Notes: a model not told the origin generated them from the sequence alone. A stretch of 59,981 nucleotides of DNA, filler included, from 8 parts of 8 records of this genome joined end to end with filler, not necessarily neighbours in it, one strand, 5' to 3'. Shown: positions 45,760 to 56,644, numbered from the whole stretch's first letter. Made by a program: numbers and translations.

Positions 45760-46473
45760 TTAATTAGCTGGTCGTGCAAAAATGGCATCATCAATTGGCT
45801 CATCAATCTTAATTTCTTCCATAATTATCGACTGTGTACCCATTGGCGTTTCAACCTCAATCTTTTTCGCCATCGAAATCCCGTTGATCGTTTGATACTC
45901 TACCATTTTCGTTTCAATATCCATTGATTGTCCCATTGCCTCAACTTTTGCCGTAACCTTCTGGATCATGTATGAATCAGCGTTAATAAAGTAATTCTTT
46001 ACACCTCCATCCTTATCGGTTAGTTTAATTTGATAAGCTTTTTCACCATCAGCATCTACTTTTCCCACAAGTTCAGCAGTAAAACCTTTTTCTTTATAAC
46101 CCAGCAACTCACCTTCCATATCTGCCTGTGTCATTGCCTGTTTAAGCTGATCCCCTTCAAGATCCTGAACACCTGATCCTGCCATTGGATTAATCATCCA
46201 ACCTTTTTCACCATCAAAAGCACTAGTTGTTTTACTGCCCATCATTTCAACGTCAACACGGAATTTATCCGGATTTTTTACTTTAATATCCATGGGCATA
46301 TCCATTCCCATCATACTCATTTTTGCTTTTATAGCAATGGTTTTAACATCTCCAACTTTCTCAACGCCCGATGCTTTATAATATTTTTTCAGAATATCGT
46401 CAAGTGATTGAGCTTGTGTGCCTGCAAATGCAACCAGCATTATCATGGCGGTTAAAATAAAGGTACGTTTCAT
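45760..46473 (-). CDS. LolA-like outer-membrane lipoprotein-sorting family protein
   Basis: Signal peptide, DILKKY...G, AFDGEKGW and a terminal IDDAIF. Confidence 0.7.
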   Translation of the reverse strand: MKRTFILTAMIMLVAFAGTQAQSLDDILKKYYKASGVEKVGDVKTIAIKAKMSMMGMDMPMDIKVKNPDKFRVDVEMMGSKTTSAFDGEKGWMINPMAGSGVQDLEGDQLKQAMTQADMEGELLGYKEKGFTAELVGKVDADGEKAYQIKLTDKDGGVKNYFINADSYMIQKVTAKVEAMGQSMDIETKMVEYQTINGISMAKKIEVETPMGTQSIIMEEIKIDEPIDDAIFARPAN

Positions 46474-46551
46474 TTTTAATGTGTTTTAATTTGTGTTTTG
46501 TATTGGTACGCCTAAAATACAAATATTACACTTGGCTGCAACTAAGTTGAA

Positions 46552-47220
46552 TTAAAAATAAATTTCAGCCAGAATATTTTCGTAGGCAATACCTTTTTCG
46601 ATTAACAAGTCGCGCACTTCAACCACCATTAATGCTTTTCCGCATAAATGATATTTCACATCCGGTAGTTCTTTCTGTTCCTGTAAGTATTTTGTCACTC
46701 TTCCCGGGTATGCGTCGCACGATTCCTCTTGCGAACAACAGCGAATATATTTTTCACCGAATGTCCAATCCAACTCATCTTCAAAATAAAACTGATTAAG
46801 TTGTCGCACTCCGTGTATTAAGGTCTTTTCCCGATCCATTCCCGATCGAAACATGCTAATAAAAGGAGCAATACCAGTTCCGGTTGCAATCCACCAGGCC
46901 GGTTCGTTTGTTCCCAGAAAACTTCCATAAGGTTCCGAAACCAAAAGAGAATCTCCGGGAATCATCGACGCCATTTTGGGGGTTAAAAAACCGTCTTCTT
47001 TAATATTAAAAAGAATCCGAACCTCATCTTCGTGGTTCCCGCTGCAAATGCTGTAAATACGTGGTGAGTGTTCTGTATCGATCCCAATCTTTACAACCTG
47101 TCCGGGTAAAAAATCCCAGTTTCTTTTAAATGAAAGAAGAAATACTCCTGGCGAAATCTCATCATTCGAAGTAATAATTTGCTCAAAAAGAATTGGTTCC
47201 TTTTTTATATTTTTAGCCAT
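46552..47220 (-). CDS. Ferredoxin/flavodoxin-NADP reductase-like FAD/NAD oxidoreductase
   Basis: PGQ, RIYSICS, ATGTGIAPF, LCG and a terminal EIYF. Confidence 0.88.
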   Translation of the reverse strand: MAKNIKKEPILFEQIITSNDEISPGVFLLSFKRNWDFLPGQVVKIGIDTEHSPRIYSICSGNHEDEVRILFNIKEDGFLTPKMASMIPGDSLLVSEPYGSFLGTNEPAWWIATGTGIAPFISMFRSGMDREKTLIHGVRQLNQFYFEDELDWTFGEKYIRCCSQEESCDAYPGRVTKYLQEQKELPDVKYHLCGKALMVVEVRDLLIEKGIAYENILAEIYF

Positions 47221-47261
47221 AATATCTTAAAACAATTATAGCTTGCTAACAATTAATTGTA

Positions 47262-48359
47262 CTAATTGTTTCTGAATGTGAAGGTAATAACCAGGTCTTC
47301 ATCAGCGCTAATTCTCATGTTTTTTACCCGGTAATAAACATTTAATTCTTGCGTGCTTGCTACTTCATCCGAATTGCCGCTAAAACTTAAAGCGGTAACA
47401 TGATGGGCTTTTAATTTTAACTTCTCCGGTACATCAAAACCAATTCCCGGTTGAACCAGTTCCAAGTCGTAATCCACATCAGAATTGTTTTCAAGATTGA
47501 TAACTCGTGTTTCCCCGTTTTTTAGTTTCAACGGTGCCTTTTCGTAGTTTAACGATGCAAAAAACAAGGGCTCCAACAGATTTGATTTCCCAACAATAAT
47601 ATTGTCGTAATAAACCGCGGTACGGCCACCAAATAATGCTTCTTTAATACCACCCTCTGTTCTGCTTTTTGAAAAAACAAGGGTTAAAGGCCGATGACCT
47701 TTCTTTACATCCATTGGACCGTGAATATCTGAATTACCCAAAATAGTCAGCTCCTTTTCAATCGACCAATTCATTGCTTCTTTACAAAATCCCCAATTAT
47801 ATACTTCAATTCCGTGTAACATATTGTTCTCGAGAAAATATGAGTGGTCGTCCCACCACTTTACGGTATCGGGCTGCTGTTCTTCCCAGCATGGGTGATT
47901 CCACATTATAAACGCTCCCTGATCGCGAGCTTCTTTCACAGCTTCTTTCGCGTCTTCCCTATCCAGAAGATTTGCATTTGTTATAAACAAAGCATTAAGG
48001 TGGCCCGGTGGCATACTCCTGGTAATTTCTGCCCCTCTGATCAAAATTATGCCACTTTGTTTTGCTAAGGGTTCCGCTAATTCAAACGAACGGTTATGAT
48101 CGGAAACCACATCGATAGAATGCGGCCGGTACTCAATATGATCGGTAATTGCAATTGCGTCTAATCCTTCTTTCCAGGCTTCTTCTACTCTAACTGTTGG
48201 CCATACTGTTCCATCAGAAAACACAGTATGCATATGAAAATCGCACTTAAGTGTCTGATAACCTTTAATATCTGGAATATAAATGATTTTGCGCGACTGC
48301 GCCAACAAGGTGTGCCCAAAACACACCATCAGAAGTAACAAAAACCACTTTTTAACCAT
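47262..48359 (-). CDS. Secreted PHP-family phosphoesterase
   Basis: Signal peptide, DFHMHT, SDG, TDH, NHP and NSDIH metal ligands. Confidence 0.88.
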   Translation of the reverse strand: MVKKWFLLLLMVCFGHTLLAQSRKIIYIPDIKGYQTLKCDFHMHTVFSDGTVWPTVRVEEAWKEGLDAIAITDHIEYRPHSIDVVSDHNRSFELAEPLAKQSGIILIRGAEITRSMPPGHLNALFITNANLLDREDAKEAVKEARDQGAFIMWNHPCWEEQQPDTVKWWDDHSYFLENNMLHGIEVYNWGFCKEAMNWSIEKELTILGNSDIHGPMDVKKGHRPLTLVFSKSRTEGGIKEALFGGRTAVYYDNIIVGKSNLLEPLFFASLNYEKAPLKLKNGETRVINLENNSDVDYDLELVQPGIGFDVPEKLKLKAHHVTALSFSGNSDEVASTQELNVYYRVKNMRISADEDLVITFTFRNN

Positions 48360-48554
48360 TTTCACTTTGTTTTTAACTTTTAATAACCATACTAAAGATG
48401 CCCGAAAATACACAAGAATAAAAGATTTTTACATTAATTTTTTATGAATTGTAAATGAATGGTTAATTTTAAATGAATTATGCATTTCTTTTTAATATTT
48501 TTAAAAAGAAACTTGTTTGATATTTAAATTATACTGATTTTTGCACCTACAGTT

Positions 48555-49772
48555 ATGGAAAAATTATTTAAAACCACAGGAAATCAAAGCCAGGCAGTTG
48601 AACTAAAAAAAATTGCTCAAAAAAAACACATCCTAAGGGCTATCTATTTTAATGGCCCATTATCGAACTCAGATTTAGCTAAACAAATTAAGTTAAGCAC
48701 ACCTAAAATCAACAGTCTTTTACTTGAGCTCATCGAAGATGGCCTGGTAATGGAATTAGGAAGGGGTGACTCTAGCGGAGGACGTCGTCCGAACATCTAT
48801 GGTTTGGTTGAAGACGGTTTTTATGTAATTGGCATAACCTTAAATGTTACACGCACCAACATCTCAATTTTTAATAGCTGTAACCAGGAAGTTAGCGGAC
48901 CAAACTATTTTCCCGTAAAAATATCACCCGATGTTCATATTTTCAATCAGGTTCAGGAAAAGCTGGAAGAGGTAATCGAAAAAAACAATATCGACAGAGA
49001 TAAAATATTAGTAATAGGAATTGAACTTCCGGGGTTAATTAACCAAAAGCAAGGAATTAACCAGACCTACTTTCCGGAAGAAAAAAACCTGTACGATAAA
49101 CTACAACAGATCTTTGGAATTCCTGTGTATTTTATGCACGATTCGAAAGTAAGAACTTTTGCCGAACAACATTTTGGGCTGGCTAAAGGCAAAAAAAACG
49201 TTCTGATGTTACAAGCCGACTGGGGGCTTGGACTTGGAATTATAGTAAATGGTAAACTTTACAACGGCCGATCGGGTTATTCCGGAGAATTCGGACACAT
49301 TCCTTTAGCCGACAATGGAGTTTTATGCGCTTGTGGAAAACAAGGTTGTTTGGAAACCATTGTTTCGGCCAATGCAATTGCGCGTCAGGCACGAGAAGGA
49401 ATACAAAAAGGTAATTCTTCGCTGATTAAAGAGCTTGTTAACGGAGATTTGGAAAAGATCGATATTTCTTCAGTAATCCAGGCAGCCAACTCTGGCGACC
49501 AGTTTGCAATTTCTCTTTTTTCGGAAGTTGGAAAATGGCTTGGACGGGGAATGGCCTACCTTATCCAGATTTTTAACCCGGAACTAATTATAATAGGAGG
49601 GCAGGTGGCAGTGGCCAACCAATTTATTCTCGCCCCCATACAACAATCTATTCATACATTTAGCAACCGCGATATTAGTAACGACACCGAAATCCTGTTT
49701 TCGGAGCTAGGCTCAAAAGCAGGAACCATGGGCGCGGCTGCTTATGCTCTGGAAAGAATATCAAAACAATAA
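48555..49772 (+). CDS. ROK-family transcriptional repressor (NagC/Mlc-like)
   Basis: N-terminal HTH with SSGGRRP, plus GEFGH and the CACGKQGCLE zinc motif. Confidence 0.93.
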   Translation: MEKLFKTTGNQSQAVELKKIAQKKHILRAIYFNGPLSNSDLAKQIKLSTPKINSLLLELIEDGLVMELGRGDSSGGRRPNIYGLVEDGFYVIGITLNVTRTNISIFNSCNQEVSGPNYFPVKISPDVHIFNQVQEKLEEVIEKNNIDRDKILVIGIELPGLINQKQGINQTYFPEEKNLYDKLQQIFGIPVYFMHDSKVRTFAEQHFGLAKGKKNVLMLQADWGLGLGIIVNGKLYNGRSGYSGEFGHIPLADNGVLCACGKQGCLETIVSANAIARQAREGIQKGNSSLIKELVNGDLEKIDISSVIQAANSGDQFAISLFSEVGKWLGRGMAYLIQIFNPELIIIGGQVAVANQFILAPIQQSIHTFSNRDISNDTEILFSELGSKAGTMGAAAYALERISKQ

Positions 49773-49776
49773 GTAC

Positions 49777-51936
49777 ATGAAACTCAATTTCACAAAAGTT
49801 GAAGAAGCATTTTTTGAAGAATCGAAGTCAAAAAAAATAACGACCCGAATTCCTTATATCACCACAGAAAGCTTTCCGAAACTCGGTTTACTTTCTGCAT
49901 TAAGTTTTTTAGAGTGGGTAAGCAAAAACCCAGAAGGCGTAGTAAGTTTACCAACTGGTAAAACAGCACAGTATTTTATCGACTATAGCCTGCTTCTTCT
50001 AAACAACTGGGACAATAAAAAAGGAAAGAACCTTCTGGAAAAATACGGGCTTGCAACGATAAAAAAGCCTGATTTAAGCAAAATCACTTTTGTGCAAATG
50101 GGTGAATTTTTCCCCATCGATCCGAATCAACACAACAGTCTTAATAACCAGGCACTAAAACAATACATTAAGCCTTTCGGCTTCAACAAAGAAAAAGCCC
50201 TTCTTATTAATTCTGAGGAAATTGAATTGGCTGAAGGAAAACATTTTTCAGAAATTTTTCCTGATTTTAAAATTGACCTTACTTTACGTTACCGCGAAGC
50301 AAAATCGCATCAGGAACAACTGCAGCAAGAGTCAATTTTTAAGATTGATAACTGGTGTACGGCTTACGAAAATAAAATCAGGGCTAAAGGAGGCATAGGC
50401 TTTTTTATGTGCGGAATAGGACCTGACGGACTTATTGCCTTTAATACAAGGGGATCCGGACACCATTCCTCTACCCGGCTTACCAAAACCAATTTTGAAA
50501 CGCAAGCCATTACAGCTGCCGATTTGGGAGGGATTGAGGTTTCGCGAAACCGCCTGGTAATAACCATCGGACTTGGAACAATTAATTTTAATCCGAAAAA
50601 CAAAACGATAATTTATGCTGCCGGAGAAGCAATTGCAGACACCATTAAGGCCTCGCTCGAGAACGAACCTTCGGTTACCTACCCTGCAACTGCTTTGCAC
50701 AAACTCGAGAATGCTCGCTTTTATCTTACTGAAGGTGCAGCTGTAACACTTGAAGACAGTATTGATTGTTATTATACCTGTACCCCATGGAACCACCGGA
50801 AAACTGAAAGAGCAGTAATTGAGCTGTGCAAAAAAATAAACAAATTCGGAACAAAGCTTGAACTGGAAGACCTGAAAGCGGACAAGTATTGCAGCATGAT
50901 TCCTGATTTGAACGAAAACACAGTTCAATCAGTAATCGATTCGATACTGGCCAAGCTAAAAAAGGGAATGGAAAAGGAATTGAACCAGGTATATTATCAT
51001 ACAGGTCCGCATCACGACGATATTATGTTGGGTATTATGCCCACAACAAACCGCCAATCGCGCGATGCCAGTAACGAGTTACATTTTTCAGTTCTTACCT
51101 CAGGATTTACCGCTGTTACCAATAAGTTTTTATATGATTTATTGATCGACACAAAAGACCTGATGAACCAAGGTAAAATTGAAATGATTAATTTTCCCGA
51201 TTTCTTTAAAGATGGTTACAAGTATAAGTGGGATAAAGACATTTATCATTACCTCGATAATATTGCTGCTCAAGACCATGAAGAAAAAAGAAGAGGGGTA
51301 TGTCACCGTATTGTGCGCGCCTTGGTTACTATATGGAAAATTAAAAATGAAGAGGAACTCAGAGAAACGATCTTTGAAGTGCTTACCATTCTGAAAAACA
51401 GCTACGATGGCGGTAAAAATCCTCCAAAAGTTCAGAAACTGAAAGGAATGATTCGCGAATTTGAAGAGGAGCTGGTGTGGGCACATTACGGGATTATGGT
51501 AAAAAATGTTCATCACCTTCGGTTAGGCTTTTATTCGGGTGAATCGAACTACGAAAAAGATATTTTACCAATACTGGAAGACTTTAGAAAATACAAACCA
51601 ACGGTTATCAGCCTGGCTATGGATCCGCAAGGAAGTGGGCCCGACACCCATTACAAGGTTTTGCAGGCCATTGCCCGGGCGATTGAAGATTGGAGCAAAG
51701 AGGAAGATTTAAGCCAACTCCGTATTGTAGGCTACCGCAACGTATGGTTTAAATACAATCCCTGGGATGTTGAGGTTATTGTTCCGGTTTCGTTAAACTC
51801 ACTGGCAACGCTCAACAAATCATTTACCGAATGTTACATCACCCAGGTAAATGCTTCTTTCCCCAGCTATCAGCTCGACGGTAAATTTAGCGATCTTACC
51901 CAACGTGTTTGGTTCGAACAACACAAACAAATTCAA
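49777..51936 (+). CDS. Glucosamine-6-phosphate deaminase-like / PIG-L deacetylase-like fusion protein (3'-truncated)
   Basis: NagB-like N-terminus (SLPTGKT, GIGPDG.IAFN, ITIGLGTI, PATAL) and deacetylase-like motifs PHHDD and DP...PDTH. Confidence 0.85.
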
Positions 51937-52036
51937 NNNNNNNNNNNNNNNNNNNNNNNNNNNNNNNNNNNNNNNNNNNNTTAATTAATTAANNNNNNNN
52001 NNNNNNNNNNNNNNNNNNNNNNNNNNNNNNNNNNNN
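51937..52036. other. Artificial contig linker
   Basis: N44-TTAATTAATTAA-N44. Confidence 0.99.
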
Positions 52037-52038
52037 AC

Positions 52039-52851
52039 TCTCAAACAGACTTTGTTGCTAAAAATGATCAATTTATTGCTCTTACAAATGAGATTACAGC
52101 TCATGTGCAAGCTGAGGGTTGTGCAACTCAAGAGGAGCTTCATAAAACTACTATCAATGGTACAAACTTTGAAGAGTATTTAAATAGTAAAATCGCAACT
52201 ATCGGTGAAAACTTAGTTGCTAGAAAAATGGCTACAATCACTACAGATAATGGAGTAGTAAATGGTTATGTGCACTTAGGAAAAGTTGGTGTTATGTTAG
52301 GTGCTACTTGTGATGAGGGTGCTAAAGAGAAAACAAAAGATCTTCTTAAAAAAGTTGCAATGCATGCTGCTTCTATGAAACCTTCTGTTATCTCTTATAA
52401 AGATTTAGCAGCAGATTTTATTGAGTCTGAAAATAAAGCAATTATTGCAGATATTGAAAAAGAGAATGAAGAGTTAGTAAGACTTGGAAAACCTCTTAAA
52501 AATATCCCACAATATGTTTCTAGAGTTCAATTAACTGAAGAAGCGATCGAAGCTGCTAAAGCAGAGATGAGAGCTGAGCTTATTGCTGAGGGGAAACCTG
52601 AAAAAGTTGTTGATGAAAGAATTATGCCAGGTAAAATTGCTAGATGGATTGAAGATAACTGTCAACTAGACAAAACTCATGCATTACTTTCTCAAACATA
52701 CGTAATGGATGATTCTATGACTGTTGAAGAAGCTATCAAAGCTTGTGATGAGTCTATTGAACTTGTTGAGTATGTTAGATTCGAACTTGGTGATGGAATC
52801 GAGAAAAAAGAGGAAGATTTTGCAGCTGAAGTAGCAGCGCAAATGTCATAA
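52039..52851 (+). CDS. tsf: Translation elongation factor Ts (5'-truncated)
   Basis: SQTDFVAKN, IGENL, AMHAA, GKPE and RFELGDGIEKKEEDFAAEVAAQ. Confidence 0.96.
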   Translation, partial: SQTDFVAKNDQFIALTNEITAHVQAEGCATQEELHKTTINGTNFEEYLNSKIATIGENLVARKMATITTDNGVVNGYVHLGKVGVMLGATCDEGAKEKTKDLLKKVAMHAASMKPSVISYKDLAADFIESENKAIIADIEKENEELVRLGKPLKNIPQYVSRVQLTEEAIEAAKAEMRAELIAEGKPEKVVDERIMPGKIARWIEDNCQLDKTHALLSQTYVMDDSMTVEEAIKACDESIELVEYVRFELGDGIEKKEEDFAAEVAAQMS

Positions 52852-52868
52852 ATCAAAAAAGTTGAACG

Positions 52869-53543
52869 ATGGATTGTGAAAACAATATAAAGAGTTCAAC
52901 TTTACTTTTTGATATAAAAGGGATAAGTCATAACTTTGATTATCCCCTTTTTGAAGATATCAACCTCTCCTTACAAAGAGGAGAATCTATCGCTATTATC
53001 GGTGTAAGTGGTAGTGGTAAATCAACACTTCTTAATATCTTTTCTTCCCTTTTGAGACCAAATAAAGGTGAAGTATACTACAATAATAAAAATATTTTTC
53101 AATTGTCACAAAAAGAGTTATTACAAATACGACGAGATGATTTTGGGATAATTTTCCAAGCACATTATCTATTTCGTGGGTTTAGTGCTATAGAAAACCT
53201 AGAGATCTCAAAGTTTTTAAGTGGGAATGATATTGATAAAGAGTTATTAAAAGCTTTAAAGATAGATCATGTCTTAACTCAAGGGATTGGAGAGCTTAGT
53301 GGTGGACAACAGCAAAGACTTTCAGCTGCAAGGGTTTTAACAAAAAAACCAAAGATCATCTTTGCAGATGAACCAACAGGTAACCTTGATTCTACAACAG
53401 CTAGTGAATTGATGAATGTGCTTTTTGAATATATTAAACAAAAAGATGCTGGATTGTTTATCGTGACTCATGAGGATGAGATAGCATTTGAATGTGATAA
53501 AGTATATAAACTGGATAATTATAAATTGGAGCAATTAAAATAA
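52869..53543 (+). CDS. ABC transporter ATP-binding protein (LolD-like)
   Basis: GVSGSGKS, LSGGQQQR, ADEPTGNLD and VTH. Confidence 0.93.
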   Translation: MDCENNIKSSTLLFDIKGISHNFDYPLFEDINLSLQRGESIAIIGVSGSGKSTLLNIFSSLLRPNKGEVYYNNKNIFQLSQKELLQIRRDDFGIIFQAHYLFRGFSAIENLEISKFLSGNDIDKELLKALKIDHVLTQGIGELSGGQQQRLSAARVLTKKPKIIFADEPTGNLDSTTASELMNVLFEYIKQKDAGLFIVTHEDEIAFECDKVYKLDNYKLEQLK

Positions 53544-53544
53544 G

Positions 53545-54393
53545 ATGAAGAATTTGATTTTAGTGTCAAGGAAGCCTATTGTTATTCAGATATTTACACT
53601 TGTTTGCAAAAAGCTTCAACTCTCTTTAGAAGTACTAGATGAGCCTCAAATAGATCATAAAGTTGATATTATTATTGTTGATAATGATTTTATTAGTGAG
53701 CGGATAAATGTATTTAAAAGTTATTCTAAACTTATTGGAGTTATTTCAAAAGAGGAACTCCCTTATGAGATCGCAAATGATTTTTTAATACCTTTACCTT
53801 TTTTACCATCAACTTTGCAGCAGATCTTAGATAAACAACTTGATATTTTAGAAGAGAGAGGCAGATCAAAAGTGTATGTCTCAAATATCGAAGTTCCTAT
53901 AGATGATGAGCAAGATGAGCCAAAAGTGAAAGAAGAAAATATAGAGGATCAACCTGATTTGGCAGTAGATTATCTTGAGGATTTAGCAGATAATATAGCT
54001 ACTGATATGGAAGAGGAAACGGATGATAGTATGGTTTCTTTTAGTTCTATAAAGCAAGGGGGCGTTTTGGATAATAAAGAGCTCTCTTTAATAGAAGAAA
54101 TGATCAATGATACGAATGAAAAACGAATCGATGAAATGACTGAGAATATCGATGATAAAGAGGAAGATCAATGGCTCGATCTCTCTTCTATTATTGATCA
54201 AGCGATCAACGAGGTTAATATGATCGATGATATGGATGATAGACCCTTAACGATCTATTTAAATAATTATGAAATAGATCAATTAAAACCGCTTTTAAAT
54301 CTTTTAGATCAAAATACTATTGATGATCTCTCAGAGGGAAAAGAGATACCTCTTATTTTAAAACTTGATACAGGTGAGTCAAAAAGTGAATAA
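53545..54393 (+). CDS. Highly acidic hypothetical protein
   Basis: D/E-rich 282-aa ORF between the ABC gene and gmk, with a REC-like N-terminus. Confidence 0.8.
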   Translation: MKNLILVSRKPIVIQIFTLVCKKLQLSLEVLDEPQIDHKVDIIIVDNDFISERINVFKSYSKLIGVISKEELPYEIANDFLIPLPFLPSTLQQILDKQLDILEERGRSKVYVSNIEVPIDDEQDEPKVKEENIEDQPDLAVDYLEDLADNIATDMEEETDDSMVSFSSIKQGGVLDNKELSLIEEMINDTNEKRIDEMTENIDDKEEDQWLDLSSIIDQAINEVNMIDDMDDRPLTIYLNNYEIDQLKPLLNLLDQNTIDDLSEGKEIPLILKLDTGESKSE

Positions 54394-55009
54394 AAAACAA
54401 ACTGGCGCAATACTATTGCTCTCTGGTCCTAGTGGGTGTGGAAAAAGTTCCCTACTTAAAAACCTTTTCCAATCTGTAGATAACTACTATTTTTCTATAT
54501 CAACTACTACACGAACGCCTAGGGCTGGGGAGAGTGATGGAGTAGATTACTTTTTTGTCTCAAAAGAAGCGTTTAAAAAAGATATAGATGATGGATATTT
54601 TTTAGAATGGGCAGAGGTTCATGGAAATTATTATGGGACTTCATTAAAGTTGATTCAAAAGGCTTTAGATGATGGAAAACTTGTTGTTTTTGATATAGAT
54701 GTACAAGGGTTTGAGCAAGTGATAGATAAACTAAGAGATATCACAACTTCAGTATTTATCACAACTCCTAGTTTAAATGAACTTCAAAGTCGTCTTACAA
54801 ATCGTCAAACTGATAGTAAGGATGTAATAGAAAAGCGGATAAAAAATGCAAAAGTGGAGATAGAGTATATTGATAAATATGATTATATTTTAATTAATGA
54901 TGATCTAGAATTAGCCTCAGAGCAACTTTTATCAATAGCTACTAGTGCAAGGCTCAAAACCACTTTAATGGATACTAAAAAATTTATTCAACAATGGAAT
55001 GAGGAATAA
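54386..55009 (+). CDS. gmk: Guanylate kinase
   Basis: SGPSGCGKS, STTTRTPR, EWAEVHGNYYGT and DIDVQG. Confidence 0.96.
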   Translation: MNKKQTGAILLLSGPSGCGKSSLLKNLFQSVDNYYFSISTTTRTPRAGESDGVDYFFVSKEAFKKDIDDGYFLEWAEVHGNYYGTSLKLIQKALDDGKLVVFDIDVQGFEQVIDKLRDITTSVFITTPSLNELQSRLTNRQTDSKDVIEKRIKNAKVEIEYIDKYDYILINDDLELASEQLLSIATSARLKTTLMDTKKFIQQWNEE

Positions 55010-56644
55010 CTAGACCTCATCCTTTGGAGAAGGTTTTCCGAAGTAGTATCCTTGCATATAACTAACACCTAACTCTTTAGTTGCTTCAAAAACCTCTTTT
55101 GTACTTACAAACTCTGCAACTGTTTTAATACTTAATTGGTCACAGAAGTTTGTTATAGATTCTACAATAAGTGCTTGTTTTTTCTCTTCATCAATTCTTT
55201 TAATAAGTGATCCATCTATTTTTACAAAATCTATATCTAAAGTTCCTAAGATATTAAAGTTTGAGTAACCTGCTCCAAAATCATCAATACCTATTTGGCA
55301 ACCAAATTTCTTTACATCAGTGATGAACTGGCTTACTAGATCATAATCATTGATCTCTTCACTCTCTAAGATCTCAAAATCTATATTTTTAGCTTGCTCT
55401 TTACAGCTTTCTAAAGTATCTAATATAAAGTGATAGGTCTCTTTATTAATAATATCATCAAAAGAAAGATTGATTGCTACTCGTATATTTTTCTCTTTTA
55501 TGATCTTAATTACTTCAGTTAACATGATCTTGATAATAATAGGATAGAGTTTTGCTTTTTTTGCAATAGATAAAAACTCAAAAGGAGCTATTTGGGTACC
55601 ATCATCTTCGATATAACGGATAAGAGCTTCATATTTATATACCTCTTGGGTATTTGTATCAACTATTGCTTGAAGATATGGCTGGAAGTTTCCATTGATA
55701 TATCCATTTTTAATTTTTTTGATCCAGTCGATATTTTTTTGGAAATCTTCTTTATGGTCAAACTGAGAGTTTTCAAAAACTAAGAGTTGAAGATATTTTG
55801 CTCTTGCTTTTTGTATAGCACGTTGTGCGTATTCAAAAGTGTGTTTATCATCAGATCGTGCAATACCTATAGTAACATTGATATCTACATTTGTTTCATC
55901 TATATTGATCCCACTTTGATCAATAGTTTCAGCAAAAGATTCACATAAAGATTTAAATTGTTCTAAAGTTGTATCCACATCAGCAGTAAACACTACAAAT
56001 CTATCAGATCCTACTCTATAGATCTTGTACTTTTCCCCTTGAAAATATTCTTTTAGACTTTGTGTAAAACCTTCAAGGATCTTATCTCCATTAGCCTCTC
56101 CATAAAGATCATTGAGAACTGAGAACTTATCTATATCTATGAGTGCCATAGAGGTTTCTAAGGTTTCACTATTTTTAATATCTCTAATAAGTGCATTTCT
56201 ATTTGCTGTATGGGTAAGTTGATCTGTATATAAATCTCTTAGTTCATGATAGAGAAGTGATTGTTTCATAGTATCGAGAAGCTTTTTGATATTGATTGGT
56301 TTTAAGACATATTTATCAATACCAAGTTCTATTGCTTCTAAAAGATACTCAGAGTTTGAAAAAGCAGTTGCAACAATGATTGGAATATTTGGGTTGATCG
56401 CTTTGATCTCTTTTGCCATCTCTAAACCATTCATTTTTGGCATATTTACATCAGTGATAATTAGATCAATTGTATCTTGATTTTCTAAGAAGAGATTAAG
56501 TCCAACCTCTCCATCTTCTGCAATGAATTGTTGTTTTGTAAATGATTCAAGTATCCCTTTTGTTACATCACGAAGATATTGTTCATCTTCACAATATAAA
56601 ACAGTGATATCTTTTAATCGTGATACATCGTTTGCTTTTTCCAT
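55010..56644 (-). CDS. Response regulator REC-GGDEF(degenerate)-EAL c-di-GMP phosphodiesterase
   Basis: REC motifs (CEDE, TDVNMP, KP), GGDEF replaced by GSDRF, and intact EAL, DDFGAGYSN and QGY motifs. Confidence 0.92.
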   Translation of the reverse strand: MEKANDVSRLKDITVLYCEDEQYLRDVTKGILESFTKQQFIAEDGEVGLNLFLENQDTIDLIITDVNMPKMNGLEMAKEIKAINPNIPIIVATAFSNSEYLLEAIELGIDKYVLKPINIKKLLDTMKQSLLYHELRDLYTDQLTHTANRNALIRDIKNSETLETSMALIDIDKFSVLNDLYGEANGDKILEGFTQSLKEYFQGEKYKIYRVGSDRFVVFTADVDTTLEQFKSLCESFAETIDQSGINIDETNVDINVTIGIARSDDKHTFEYAQRAIQKARAKYLQLLVFENSQFDHKEDFQKNIDWIKKIKNGYINGNFQPYLQAIVDTNTQEVYKYEALIRYIEDDGTQIAPFEFLSIAKKAKLYPIIIKIMLTEVIKIIKEKNIRVAINLSFDDIINKETYHFILDTLESCKEQAKNIDFEILESEEINDYDLVSQFITDVKKFGCQIGIDDFGAGYSNFNILGTLDIDFVKIDGSLIKRIDEEKKQALIVESITNFCDQLSIKTVAEFVSTKEVFEATKELGVSYMQGYYFGKPSPKDEV

